Part shown: piece after piece, positions 1-12,802 of the stretch
Layout of the letters: each line of letters opens with the position of its first letter
How positions within the stretch are numbered: the first letter of the stretch is position 1
NCBI GenBank assembly: GCA_038087875.1
Contig: CM075986.1
Span: 13,206,001 to 13,270,000 of the forward strand
Origin: Malacoraja senta
Lineage: Eukaryota
Length of the DNA stretch: 64,000 bases
Direction of reading: 5' to 3'
Position numbers and translations under genes: made by a program
Notes under the pieces: model-generated
What the model saw: the letters and a program-made list of their open reading frames with translations, nothing else
Database searches by the model: none
Told to the model about the DNA's origin: nothing

Positions 1-39
1 GGAAAAAAATATTGTGATGATTAGTCATATATTAGTGGC

Positions 40-370
40 AAGGAAAGAATTAATGAAAAAATGTTGTCCGCAGAACATCTGCAGAAGAGGAATACAATGT
101 CAGCCAGGATTTGTGAAAGAGAAATCATGCTTGACAAACCTACTAGACCATTTTGAGGAAGCATCTGGTAGATTAGATGATGGAGATCCAGTGGATGTAG
201 ATGCTTTCAATAAGGTCCCACATAAGAAATTAGCAGGTAAAATTAAATCATATGAGTTTGGTAGTAAGGAGCTGATATGGATGGCCAATGGTAAATAAGG
301 GGTAGGAATAAACAGTTTTCCAAAGCAGTTACTACAGAGGTCTACAGGTATCAATATGGGAACATCAGTT
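40..370 (+). mobile_element. Degenerate CR1 LINE reverse-transcriptase fragment
   Basis: ORF 14..298 contains GFVKEKSCLTNLLDHFEE..DPVDV..AFNKVPHK, matching GFTKGKSCLTNLIEFFE..EPVDV..AFDKVPHK of the CR1 ORF2 in this window. Confidence 0.8.
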
Positions 371-2469
371 CCTCACAATATATACAGTATTAATATCAAC
401 ATTTCACATAATATTCCAAATACTGGCCTCACCAAACCCTTGTATTATTTTTGAAAGACTTCCTTACACTCATATTCAAAACTTCTTACAATAAGGCCAA
501 CATATCATTTGCATTAAATGCTTGTTGCACCTGCGTGCTTGCTTTCAGTAACTGATGTACAAGGACACTCGATCTCTCCACGTACCAATATTTTTCAGTC
601 CATCGGCATTTAAATAATGCTGCCTTTCTGTTTCTTCTACCAAAGCAGATAATTTAATCTGTATTACCTTTATCTGTCATGTATTGCCCATGCTCTCAAA
701 TTTCTAACATGCCTTGAAGCATCTGCATCCCCCTCACAACATGCAATCCCACCCAGTTTTGTTTCATCAGCAAATTTAGAAATGTGCACTTGGGTCATTC
801 GAAGTTGTAGAAATTTACCTCCATATATTATTCATTTAAATTGTTTTGTTTTAAGATATCTTCTTGTGAATACATCTCTTCTTCAATTCCACAATGATAT
901 TTTATAAACTGATATGATGTTACTATGCACTCCTGTATCAGTTTTAGTTTTTTTTCTAAACTTTTCTCTGATCCTTTTGTTGATGTGAATTCCATTTCTC
1001 TGTTAACTGCCACATCACTCTAGAGATATGTGTTCCATAATTTAATATATCCCTGAACACCATGGTATGATCGATGGCCAGCGTGGATTTGATGGGCTGA
1101 AGGGCCTGTTTCCATGATGTATCCTTCAATCAATTGATCAATCAATATTCCCATTATATGGAAGTTCTGGTTTGGATTATTTTGGGTTGGTTTTCACACT
1201 CTTGCTGCACCATTTTCTTGATATATTCTCTCTCAATCTGCACACCTTCTTCCAGTGGTTAAACTTGCAGATTGACTTCATTGAATCGTCTGTGTTTGCT
1301 AAGTAATCTTATTCTTAGTCTGACTCTCTCCCTCTGTTTCTGTTGTTTCACTTCATCAACCCTCTTCCCTTGCCCGGGGTTGATCTGGAGACTGGCTCTT
1401 TGATTATTCAACGTTTTAATTTGTCTAACTGCGTGGGCAATCGTCTTAGCCATCCTTCACATTTGCCGGAAATCACAAGTTTGTGTTACTTTCTTTTTCA
1501 AGTCAGCGCTTATACAGCTCATAGACTTTTCTTTCTTTCACTTACTTAATTACTCATGCCATGCCACATCTTGTTTTCCAGAAAACAATTCATTTCAGTA
1601 ACATCTATGGCTCACAATATTATTTATTAATCCAGACTTTGAGGCATGTGCTGCTGAGTTGTATAGTGCATAATCAAAGTATATATTATAGTACATCAGT
1701 GGGTGGTGCAGTACATCTCCTAAAAAATAGAACACATAGTTAATATCCTTGGTCTTCCAATAATACTTGTTATGCTCAGAAACCTCCTTGATCTAACCCC
1801 TGCCTTTATAATCTTCTCCAGTTGTACAATGGTCTGATATCTTTATAGACCTCCAGTTCTTGCCTCTTGTTTTATCAGCACAAACTTCATTCCATGACTG
1901 ATGTAATCTTCAGCTGTCGAGGCCTTAAATCTCTCAGCTCCTTTCTCTTTCTCCGAATGTCCACACAAGACTTAACTTTTTGACCACATGTTAATCCTAT
2001 GTCTTAATTTGTCTTTCTTTGACTGTGTATGGATTTTTTTCTTCTGAAATACCTCATGACATTTTACTGAATCAAAATTGTTCAGAGATCAGCAGGATAC
2101 AGGTGCATTAGGAAAAACGAAAGAAAGAAACAATTGCAAGCTGCCCGAAAACATTACTGGGTACCTGTTTCCATGATATTCAATCGTGTTCAAATATATT
2201 TTTGGAGCTACTTTTTCCATTGTGTTGTGTTTTATGAGGAATATCATAAAACCCAACACAGGGTTCAGAAATGTAGAGAGAAACAACAAAAAAATAAATG
2301 AATATTCTTTAAATTAACAGGCCTTGTCTGTAGGAGTAGGTAAAAGCATTAAATATAACTGGATCTTTAAACCAAATTAGTTCTCAACCTGCGTCATGCA
2401 GTACAGGGGTCACGTCATCAGACCGCAAGGAGGTGGAGAAATGCATGGTGGGCCAAGATTATCTCTGGC

Positions 2470-2948
2470 AATCAGTTCAATTTAGTTCATTGTCACGTGT
2501 CCTGAGGTACAGTGAAAAGCTTTTGTTGCGTGCTATCCAGTCAGCAGAAAGACAATAGATGATTACAATCGAGCTATTTACAGTGTACAGATACATGATA
2601 AGAGAATAACGTTTAGTGCAAGGTAAAGCCAGCAAAGTCCGATCAAGGATAGTCCGTGAGTCACCAAAGAGGCAGATAGTAGTTCGGCAGTGTTCTTTGG
2701 TTGTGGTAGAATGATTCAGTTCCCTGATAATAGTCGGGAAGAAACTGTCCCTGAATCTGGTGGTGTATGTTTTCACATTTCTATACCTTTTGCCTGATGG
2801 GAGAGGAGAGAAGAGGAAGTGGCCAGGGTGCGACTCATCCTTGATTATGCTGCTGGCCTTGCCGAGGCAGCGTGAGATATAAATGGAGTCAATAGAAGGG
2901 AGGTTGGTTCGTGTGATGGTCTGGGCTACGTCCACAATTCGCTGCACT
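2470..2948 (-). mobile_element. Rex1/Babar-type LINE 3' end (5'-truncated)
   Basis: ORF 2477..3082 contains LPSIDSIYISRCLGKASSIIKDESHPGHFLFSPLPSGKRYR..TTRFRDSFFP, a typical Rex1/Babar C-terminus, followed by a short-repeat tail; related copies at ~19965, ~25050 and ~30945. Confidence 0.75.
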
Positions 2949-3484
2949 GAATGAAAAGAGACATTATGCTTACACTGCCAAGCCAAATGAACAAAAAACA
3001 GAGGATGTAAAATACAAAAAAAGGAACTTATTAGCATATCTCCATAGCAACATTGAAGCAAATACATTGGTTCTTCTATCATGTTATTCCTTTCATTATT
3101 CTACATCAACAGCTCGCAGGGGAGATTTCAGACGGCTGCTGGAAGGGCCAGGGACATCCTGTTAGGATATCACCACCACCATATTAACAGCCGCAAGTAG
3201 TCACAAACACTGGCATAAAGATTGTGTGTCACCACACGCACCAGAGCACCTTCCTCTCCTCACACGTGACGAGATCGCTTGGCAACATTTATCTTCCTAA
3301 TTAGTTTGTTTCACTTCCCAAAATTTGACTGGAGGCTCAGCTTTCCGAAACTAGTTACCAAACTCTGTCTCTCCACTGACACCCCCTCAGTAATCATGTC
3401 ACCTCTGTGCAGACTTTCACCCAGTTATTATAAATTCACCCCCAAAATATTGCCAGGTTCTCCTTCAATATTAAAGAAATGTTT

Positions 3485-4360
3485 GGGGCAGCACGGTGGC
3501 GCAGTGGTAGGGTTGCTGCCTTAAAGGCCTGTCTCACGGGTTTGCGGTCATTGGCGGTGAAACAGGAAGTTTCTACCGCTCGTGGACCGCCAGAGACCGC
3601 GGGGTCGGTCCAACGCACACCGCCGGGGCCGTGCGGTGTTGTTCCCAACACCGCACGGTGCTCACAAAAAAACGACAATGTCGAAAAAACTTTTCCTAAC
3701 GCACAGCCGCCGCCAGTGAGGCACGAGTGTGGCACGGGCACCGCCACAGCCGCCGCCAGTGCGGCACGAGCGCTGTGAGTCCAACTTTCACCGCCACAGC
3801 CGCCACCAGTGAGGCACGTGAGCGGCACGGGCACCGCCACAGCCGCCGCCACAGCGCCGCGATCACCACTACCGCCGCCACAGCCCCGCGATCCGAAATG
3901 ACGTCATCGCGTAGCGCGTCGCGTTGCGCGATGTCGTCATCACCCGACGCCGCAAGCTCGTGGAACCGGCCGTACGGAGATCACTCGGCCCCCGCGCAGC
4001 ATCCGTGCGGCGCTCTCGCGGTTGCCGTGCGGTCCCCTCTTCAGGCGACGCCGCGCTTCACCGCCAATGACCGCAAACCCGTGAGACAGAGCCTTTACAG
4101 CGCCAGAGACCCGGGTTCGATTCTGACTACGGGTGCTGTCTGTACAGAGCTGGTATTTTCTCGCCGTGATCGCGTAGGTTTTCTCCGGGTGCTCCGGTTT
4201 CCCCCCCCCCACACTGCAAAGACGCACAGGTTTGTAGGTTAATTGGCATTGATAAAAATTATAAATTGTCTCTAGTGTGTAGGATAGTGCTAGTGTAAGG
4301 GATCGCTGGTTAGCATGGACTCGGTGGGCATAAGGGCCTTTTTCTGTGCTGTATCTCTTT
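3485..4360 (+). mobile_element. tRNA-derived SINE (HE1-like), split by a MITE
   Basis: A-box GGTGGCGCAGTGG (3495), B-box GGTTCGATTC (4114), CR1-like tail; head interrupted at TTA 3521-3523 and resumes at 4098. Confidence 0.85.
3524..4094. mobile_element. PIF/Harbinger-type non-autonomous DNA transposon (MITE), 571 bp
   Basis: 33-bp perfect TIR core CTGTCTCACGGGTTTGCGGTCATTGGCGGTGAA (3529-3561 / 4057-4089); TTA TSD at 3521-3523 and 4095-4097; no transposase. Confidence 0.85.
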
Positions 4361-4774
4361 AAAAAAGTTATGTGCCTCAAAGTTAATTTTAGTTTTACTT
4401 TCTTCCATTTTATTTACTCAATAGGAATCTTGCTGCTATCAGAAGCCAGAGGTGCAAATCTACTCCACAGTTTACATCTGAAAATCAAGACAAAACAGAG
4501 TGGTACTCTGCATTATCAGGTGTTTGAGTGGATGAATAATGAATTATTCAACAATAAATAGGTTTTCGTGCTACACTGACCGCATCCTACTTATGGCATC
4601 AGGCACAAATCCCCAGGTTGTTTGTCTCATTATCTGTTTATGAGAACTTACTGTGCACCTTCCTCAGTCCAAAGCTGCCCATGATTACTTTCAAAGAGTA
4701 ACAGCTGCTGTAGGGCGTGAATCACAACAACCAGTTTCCATGCAGCAAGTTCTCCCAACAGCATTGTCCAGATC

Positions 4775-4985
4775 AAAGCACAAAGCGCTGGAGAAACTCA
4801 CTAGGTCAGGCAGCACCTGTGGAGGGAATGGAAAGTTGCCATTTTGGATCTGGAACCGAGATTCTGAAGATAGGTCCTGACATAAAATCCTGCCTGTTCA
4901 TTCCATTCACAAATGTTGCCTGAGTCTCTATCTTCCTCCAGGACTTTGTGTTTTGCTCATGATTCCAGAGACTTCAGTTCCTTGG
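4775..4985. repeat. Old fold-back PLE-terminus repeat with degenerate hammerhead core
   Basis: cacaaagcgctggagaaactca... inverted against ...ctccaggactttgtg; CTGAAGA near 4864. Confidence 0.6.
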
Positions 4986-7722
4986 ATCAGCGTTGTCTAA
5001 ATACTCTGTGTTAATCATGTTTAGTAATGCTTCTTTGAAATGATGACTAAATGAGGGAAGAGATACAAACTAGGATTTTTTTTCATCCAGAGAGCAAACC
5101 TTCCATGTGCATCTCTACCTCAGTCCCAACTTAAAGTGTCAGTGACAACTTTTACTCTCAGGCCTCTGGAAGTGAGTTTCAACCTCCAGGCTTGTGACTG
5201 GAAGTGAATAATGTAACCAACTGAACCACAACTGAAACTAGTACTGGCTGCTACATTTGTCTAAATGACAATGATGTCTCGAAAGCGAATATACTTCAAT
5301 GGCTGTGAAGCATTTTGAGACTTCCTGAGGACACTGTAGATTCCCTTGGTGACCTTTGTGTGAAGATATGCTTCCTGGTTTGACTCCTCAATGGCCCACT
5401 TCCAACCTTCATTCTTGTTCCCTCTTTGAGGACATAATTTCTGTTTAGCTGCTCCTGCAAATCCCTTTATCATTCCAAACACCTTGAAGGGATCAAACTC
5501 AAGAGATTATAGGGCAACGCTTGCAGGCTATCCTTGTACTGTAACCCTTTGAGTTTGATATAATTGCCTCTAAGCCAAAAGTTCTTTCCTGAGATTTTAT
5601 GCTAAAGTTTGAATGCCCATCTGAACGGTCTAAACAAATAGTCTGTATAAGATTAGCACGTCTTCTTCACATATGAATTCCAATAATCAAATGATAAACT
5701 AGTAGCTAAATAAAAGTTCTTTTGTTTTATTCTTGTGCCACCTGGTGCACTAATTTTCCAACCAGATCTCTACCACACAGACTGGAAGCACCATCCCAAG
5801 TTTTCCCATGTTCAAACTGGTCTCTTCTATCAGGTTGAAGGAGCTAAATACCAAACTTGAATTCCAGGGTCTTCGACAAGCCACCTGGTCTGATTCATAA
5901 CTCAAGAAAGGGGAAATTATGATTATTTTCAAAACTTGCTTCTATTGGTGTTTCTCCTTCATCTTTCATCAGAATGCCAATAACTGAGAAAGAATGGCTT
6001 TCAGGCAAAACTCTTTCAATGTGTGATATCTGTCCAATAAAGCAAGCTATAGAAAATGCAATAAAATATGTGCTTAACCTGTGACTCATGCCGGTCATAA
6101 GATGCTGAATGTCTGCCATCACCTGGTCGACATTAAAACCGAAAGACGGAAGATATTTAAGAGGAATCCCAACTTTTGCAAGTCTCCAAAATCATTGCAT
6201 TTCTTTCCATTCGTCTACAAATGGTTCTGCTTTTCTGTATTCACAGAGAAACCAAACAGATTATTTGATAATGCTAATGCCATTGTAGCATGTTCCCTTT
6301 GAATATCTAACACTGTCCTTTCTGAAACAGAGATGGAGAATCTCTGGGAACATTTTGGTTATTATGTGAATCCTAGAAGAGTGTCCTCACATATAAGGGA
6401 TCTCTGGAAGGGAGCCAAAATTATAGAAGCTCTCTGAAATGTGGCAATACTTGGAAGTTACTGGGTGTGTGTTTCAATAATTCAAGATCCCTGGAAGAGT
6501 AGCATAATTTATTGAGGATTCCTGGGAGTGTACCAGTCATTAATGCAGCTCCCTATAGTGTAGGCATACTTGCAGGATGTCCTTGGATATGTGCCAATAA
6601 TTCCTTCAGCTCCCTGGGAGAGTGTCTGGATTATAGGGCAGGGGTCTATTGTTCATCAGAGATCCAATTAAGCTCCCAATTAGGGCTTCACTGAATCCTA
6701 CAGAGGCAAGAATCACCAAGAATTTATCAGGATCATGACATTGTAATTGTGACATTCTCTCTGTATTACGCCATTGTGATCACCAATGTGACATTGCAGT
6801 CTCGATGGATATGTTGTTATCTTACGACCTGATTGTTGCCAACTGTGGCCTTTCCAAAGTTCATTGGTGAATTATGAGCAATTTGTCTCCAAATGTGTGG
6901 CTCTGCAGATGGATGGGCTGTTTTCAAACTCTGCAAATTAGACAAAAATAATTATGGCCGTATGCTTCTTAGGATATGGGGAGATATTGAAAAAGTGACT
7001 TAATTTCAAATATCCATCCCAAATAGCAATTCCCAATGAATATCTCACCACTAAGTATCCATAAGAGACTGACAAAGTTTGCCCTAAAACTTGGATGTTT
7101 CTCAGATGATTGTAGCCTGCTGGCTACAATATGGCAGCCAGGAAGTGTATGTCCCAACCCCCCCTTACAGTAGTAAGGACTAGAGAGTCTCACTCACTGC
7201 CTATACCCAAAACAGGCCTTTGTGCACAAGACGTCAATCACTGCTCCTCCAATTGACACCCATCCTTCACTACCGATCAACAACCACCCAACCCCACTCT
7301 TCCCACAACACCCAAATTCCCAATCATTTCTTTCCCAAACCCTTGCTACCCAGTTATCTGCCTTCCTAATCAGCCACACCCTATACCTTCTTGGTCAAAC
7401 TTTTTCAGTCACCAATCCTCCTTTCCTGTTGCAGCCACTTCCAAACTCTCTACCTTCTCGTGCCCCCTTCCAAGTCACCAAATCCCATTCCCAATTGGCC
7501 TCTTCCCAACCAATCCCTCTTTCTAGTCACACCCAAGCAGTCCCAATTGCTCCTTTTACCTGGTTGCCTCTTCGCTTCCTTGTTGCCCCTCACTGTCACT
7601 TGCCAGAGGACATATGCTGGCATTAAATGCCCCAATCTGATTCTGCTTTCCCAGAGTGGTTGCCCACAGCTCACCAGATCCAAGCCAGTGAGGCTCAATT
7701 TTAGATGCACTTCTCGGTACAA

Positions 7723-7945
7723 CATTGTTGTGGAATTCTCTGCCTCAGAAGGCAGTGGAGGCCAATTCTCTTGGATGCTTTCAAGAGAGAGTTAGATAGA
7801 GCTCTTAAAGATCGCGGAGCCAGGGAATATGGGGAGAAGGCAGGAACGGAGTACTGAATGTGGATGATCAGCCATGATCACAGTGAATGGCGGTGCTGAC
7901 TCGAAGGGCCGAATCGCCTACTCCTAGACCTATTGTCTATTTAGT
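7723..7945 (+). mobile_element. CR1 LINE 3' end
   Basis: tggaattctctgcctcagaaggcagtggaggcc...gatgatcagccatgatc...gaagggccgaat..cctactcct..(tattgtc)n tail, similar to 17330-17556. Confidence 0.85.
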
Positions 7946-9264
7946 CTACCCAGAACCACCATACTCATCCACCCACCCTGATATGTTTTATTTAATCTGA
8001 ATCGCACTTTCTTTCTAAACAGGGCTTTTACGTGAAGCCCTCAGTATTTTGGTTGCCGACCTTGATGGAACATCAATTGGTTAACACTTAACCTGACTAG
8101 CACTTCAGAAAACCTCAGCAGAGCTTTTAGAATCAATTTAACTGTATTTTTCTCACATTAATGGGGAACTCAAGGAGCTGCACCAGCTGTAGCAAGAGGC
8201 AGCTGTTAGTGATTTCAGACAAAGGGTCTAATGATCCAGATGTTGTCACCATCTTGTTGCAAAATGGTGCAGAATGGAATTATGTATTGGTATGTTGAGC
8301 AATGTTAGTATAGACATACAGAACCAGATCTTTTACCACATATAATCTAAACAGAAATGTTTATGTTACAATTAATTCAAAAAAACATTCCTACTCTTCC
8401 ATTGTAATCTGCAGAGAACCACCTTGCTTTATTTGTTGTACAAAACACTTCTGCAATGTTAAGTGTGCCCAACATTGGCTAAATTTGAGAGTCTCTGAAG
8501 AAAGGGTACAGGTATCAGAGTGAGTGATTAACCTGAGTCCATGGACTGTATTGCAGGCAGTCTGGTCTTTATATGGACTGCTCCTGCACACGATGGCTGC
8601 ATGTTGCCAGCAGCAGATTTATGTCTGGCTGGAAGCCTCAGATCGGGGGTCAACGTTGGTGGCATCTCCTTTACCTTGCTGCCCTTCAACTTTGAGGTAA
8701 TAGAGACGGCTGTTTTCAGGGGTGCTCTTGAGGCAGCCTTGTCTGGGTCAGAGAGTATCTGCAGTGCACACTGTTCTCACAGTGCGCTGCAGGTAGAGGA
8801 AGTGCAGATTTTTGTGTGATGGAGTCAGAATGGGCTCTGGTGACCTGAGCAAGGGTTGAAGCTGTCCTCACCTAGCCTTCACTTGTGATCTGTAAGTGCC
8901 AGAAATGCATTGGGTTGTTGGTGAATTGTCACTGGCCAAAGAATAACCAGCCTCACAGCAATAGTACTTACGTGGCCAGTCCGTGTTCATTTCTGGTCAA
9001 TGATGACACTCAGGATCTCAATAATAGTGGACCAGCGTCGATAATGGCACTTAATATCAAGTTGAAGAGATTACCTCTACTTAGTCAGAACTGGTTACTC
9101 ATTTATCAATTTCCTCCCAAATATTATTTGTGTTCAAATCTTGTCTGGATCTGACGGCACACAGGCAGAAACCATTTCATTATCTGGGGAATGATATGTG
9201 GAATCGATTGTGCACTCATTAATGAACATGATTTTGGATGATTCTTGATATAGTCGTTGAGGAG

Positions 9265-9600
9265 GGTGGCTGCTGATGCAGCTGCCTCTAGCCCCAGTGA
9301 CGTGGATTTAATCGTGACCTCAAGCGCTATCTGTGTGGAGTTTGCATGTTTTCCCTGTGACTGTGCTGGTTTTAGCCAGATGCTTTTCCAATTAACAGAC
9401 CAATCCCAAAGACATGTGGATTATTAGGTTAATTGTCCAAAGTAAATTGCCCCCTAATGAGTAGCTGACTGCTGGAATCCAGGAGGAATTGTTGGGAATG
9501 TGGGGAAATAAAATGGAATTAGTGGCAGTAGGTGCTTCATAGTTTGTGCAGACTTAGTGGGCTGAAGGAGTTTTTCCATGCTGTGATTCTATGATTATGA
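9265..9600 (+). mobile_element. Diverged tRNA-derived SINE
   Basis: gctgcctc..gccccagtgac..tctgtgtggagtttgcatgtt..cccaaagac..aaattgccc..gggctgaagg tail shared with the other SINE copies. Confidence 0.7.
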
Positions 9601-9904
9601 CTATGATTTGGGGGTCTTTTTTGTGGAACACAATGGCCTTGGTTGGGATGATTGATCACAACTTTATGTGAGGAATGACTACAAACAATGAAGTGTGGTC
9701 CCCTGTGTCCCATTGATGGCAACTTTACCAACACGTGGAGTCATCCCTAACATAACGTTGCAATCAATCATCTCAGCCAAGGCAATTGTGCTCCATGGAA
9801 ACACTCCCCAAAGTCATTGTACTCACCTTGCCTCTGGAAGTCAGCTCCTAGGTCCATGTTTGGACCATGTTTGTGACAAGGTCTGCAATTGAGAGGTCCT
9901 GACT

Positions 9905-10180
9905 AAACACAGAATATTGATTTCTCTAACTTCAAGTAACTCCTGCATTCCCCCTCTCTCCATCTCTCCCCCACCAAGACGCACCAGCTTTTTGTTCTCA
10001 CCTAGCAAACTATCTTTCATTCATTTGTTCTATATCTCTCTACATCCCCATCTATATCTCTTGTTTCCTTTTCCCGCCAACTCTTAGTCTGAAGAAATGT
10101 CTCGACCCAAAACATCACCCATTCCTTCTATCTAGAGATACTGCCTGTCCTGCTGAGTTACTCCAGCATTTTGTGTCTAT
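9905..10180 (+). mobile_element. Penelope-like element 3' end with degenerate hammerhead motif
   Basis: ORF-end remnant (NIDFSNFK*), pyrimidine-rich UTR, then agtCTGAAGAaatgtctcgacccaaaacatc and the shared ..ctgagttactccagcattttgtgtct terminus. Confidence 0.7.
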
Positions 10181-10604
10181 AAACATAGAACGAACATAGT
10201 GGGCAGGCTATTAGTGACATGTTGCTTCTAAATCACTTTACTAATGGTGTAGAGTGGACTGAAGGAGCAGTAATTACCTGTTTGGATTTTCTTGCTTTTT
10301 GTTGACAGTACATCCCTGGGCAACTTTCCAAATGTTTGCGGATGTCAGAATTTAACTATGCAGGAACAGCTTGGCAAGAAGCATATTCGTTCTGGAAAGC
10401 TGCAGCTGAAATATTGTCAGTCCCAATTGTACTTGCTAAAACTGCTTGTTTTTTTCATGGGTCAATTACCCCTGGCCTCATCTCCACATCTCTGCCAGTT
10501 CCCCATAGCCCTCAATTCCCATGATCTTTCAAACATTTACTTCCATATCTACTTAATTACTACATATTTACTCCCAAACACTCCTTCCATATCTACTTGC
10601 CTGA

Positions 10605-10940
10605 GATTGGGTAGACAGTGAGGACCTTTTTCTCGAGATGGAAAATTCAAATACTAGAGCGCAGACCTTTAAGGTGAGAGGGGCAAAGTTTAAAGGAGAT
10701 GTGTGGGGCAATTTTTTATGCCCAAAGGGTGGTGAATGCCTAAACCAAATTGCCATGGTTGGTGTTTGAGGCAGATACGATCGTGGCATTTGAGAGATTT
10801 TTGGATAGGTAAAAAGATTTTCAGGGAATGGGAGGGATATGGATTATGCACAGGTAAAGAGTTGGTCTTTGCATCATGTTCGGCGCAGACATTGTGGGCT
10901 GTAGGGCCTGTTCTTGTGCTATACTATGCTCTATGTTCCA
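10605..10940 (+). mobile_element. CR1 LINE 3' fragment
   Basis: tttaaggtgagaggggcaaagtttaaaggagatgtgtggggcaa...gggcctgttcttgtgctatac; an inverted relative lies at 57230-57737. Confidence 0.75.
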
Positions 10941-11152
10941 AATGATCCAGCCTCCACAACCCTCTGGGGTAGCGAATTCCAGATAATCACCAACCTCTGC
11001 AAGAAGTTCCTACGCACCTTAATTTTAAATGACCCCCCCACCCCCCCTCCCCAATCCCCTCATAAAGATTCTCCCACAGTATACTTGTGTACACTTTGGC
11101 AATGTATTTCAGTTTCACCTGGGTTCATTGATGTTATATAATGACTTGATGA

Positions 11153-11325
11153 CCAAGTCAATGGATATTTTTAAGGCAGAGATAGATAGATTCTTGATTA
11201 GTGTGGGTGTCAGGGGTTATGGGGGAGTAGGCAAGAGAATGGGGTTTGGATTGAATGGTGGAGTAGACTTAATGGGCCGAAAGGCCTAATTCTGCTCCTA
11301 TCACTTATGAACATGAATTTATGAT
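11153..11325 (+). mobile_element. CR1 LINE 3' tail
   Basis: ccaagtcaatggatatttttaaggcagagatagatagattc...gggccgaaaggcctaattctgctcct; related copies at ~42990 and ~53800. Confidence 0.75.
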
Positions 11326-12616
11326 GCTATGGGCAGTCACCACTGCCTTGTCTCTGGGTTTTATCTCTTCAAGGCTCTGATGGGGCTTTGAGCTAAATGA
11401 TCCGAGTGAAACCATTTTATCACCCATTGTGTCAACAAAACATACATCAATGAGCTGAAACTCGTCACCAACCACATCCTATATTTTTCATGTCCTTATC
11501 AAGTAAAAATCTGATCTGCCCTTTTTACTGGTAAAAGCAGCATATACAAAATCAGCAAATTCCATACAGTGGAGCAGCTTGATGCTAAAATTGTCATTTT
11601 TAATCTTTTAATACAAGCATTTCTAATTTTAAAAAAGGTTTGTTCAAAATAGTATTCTGTTAATACACCCCACACGTCTGGACAATGGACATTTTGCAAT
11701 CTCCAGTGAAAGTCCCACCACGCACTATGAGGCATTCAGACCATGCTGGTTCGCTCAAGAAGTCCACATTCCCACTTGCTCTCTCTCACCCCAGCCTCCA
11801 AAAATCTATTGGTTTCAAATGTAAATATACACAGAGGCTGCTTATCCTCTTGCCATCTGGGCTAAAGAATTCTAAGTATTCCTAGCACATGAAAAGAAGA
11901 TAACTCCATTATCTCAGTACAAAATGGCTGATCCATTATCTTTGAAGTATAGTCCCTCGTACTGCACTCAGCTGGCAGCGGAAACATTACAATATCCCCG
12001 GTCAATCTCTCTCAGAATATGATATATTTTTGTGAGATCACCTCTCATTCTCCCAAACTGTGGTGGGTATGAGCTAATGTAACCACAGAGATCAACCCCT
12101 TCATTTGAAGATTCAATCCAGTGACTCCATGCTCATTTCCTTTATTATCTGTATACATTAGCAATTCATTGATATAAAAATACCAGTCTCTATACAACTC
12201 CAGTAAAAAATTCCTTACAATGCCACCATCATTTCCCCCACTTTACAATGATGCCAGTGTAGACCTGACTCCTAACTACATGCCCTTGTGCCTGCTTCCA
12301 GATTCTGTAAGACCAGGGCTGATCTGACCTGGCCTGACACCACTCTTCTGCCTATGCTCTTGCTCTGACAATGCAGAAATCTGCCTGCCTCAGCTGTGAA
12401 TCCACTCAGTGAGTCAACCTCCACAATTCTCAGGGCTGGTTCATGAATTAACACACCTTGATCTATCCCAGTAGCTCACATGTTTTCAAGAAAATCACAT
12501 TTCTATCCTTCTTACCCAAATGAATAACATCACTTTCATTCTTTCCATTTGCTTAACTCAATCTTGTTGTGTTCTCCTCACAACTGACCTTTCCTGGCTA
12601 GGTATCAGGAAACATG

Positions 12617-12802
12617 GAAGGTAGACAAAAGTGCTGGAGAAACTCAGCGGGTGCAGCAGCATCTATGGAGCGAAGGAAATAGGCAACGTTTCGGCCCGAA
12701 ACGTTGCCTATTTCCTTCGCTCCATAGATGCTGCTGCACCCGCTGAGTTTCTCCAGCACTTTTGTCTACCTTCAATTTTCCAGCAATTGCAGTTCCTTCT
12801 TA
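12617..12802. mobile_element. Young PLE-terminus fold-back insertion (157-bp perfect palindrome plus tail) with 13-bp TSD
   Basis: 12617-12773 has two 78-bp perfect inverted arms around a single C (12695); ATCAGGAAACATG is duplicated at 12604-12616 and 12803-12815; the right arm is nearly identical to the PLE end at 58551-58626. Confidence 0.9.

Noticed and set aside
3485-3523. tRNA genes at SINE heads
   Set aside because: A/B boxes run into SINE body and LINE-like tail; no full cloverleaf
3700-3890. Repeat array superficially like CRISPR
   Set aside because: Eukaryotic context, imperfect adjacent repeats without unique spacers, no cas genes
3436-4380. Several Ala/Arg/His-rich ORFs of 61-171 aa
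   Set aside because: Arise from the GC-rich tandem repeats of the MITE; no transposase motifs
5750-6300. Possible decayed coding sequence (FENNHNFPFLEL resembles a PLE RT motif)
   Set aside because: Single weak motif with many stops; cannot be supported without a profile search
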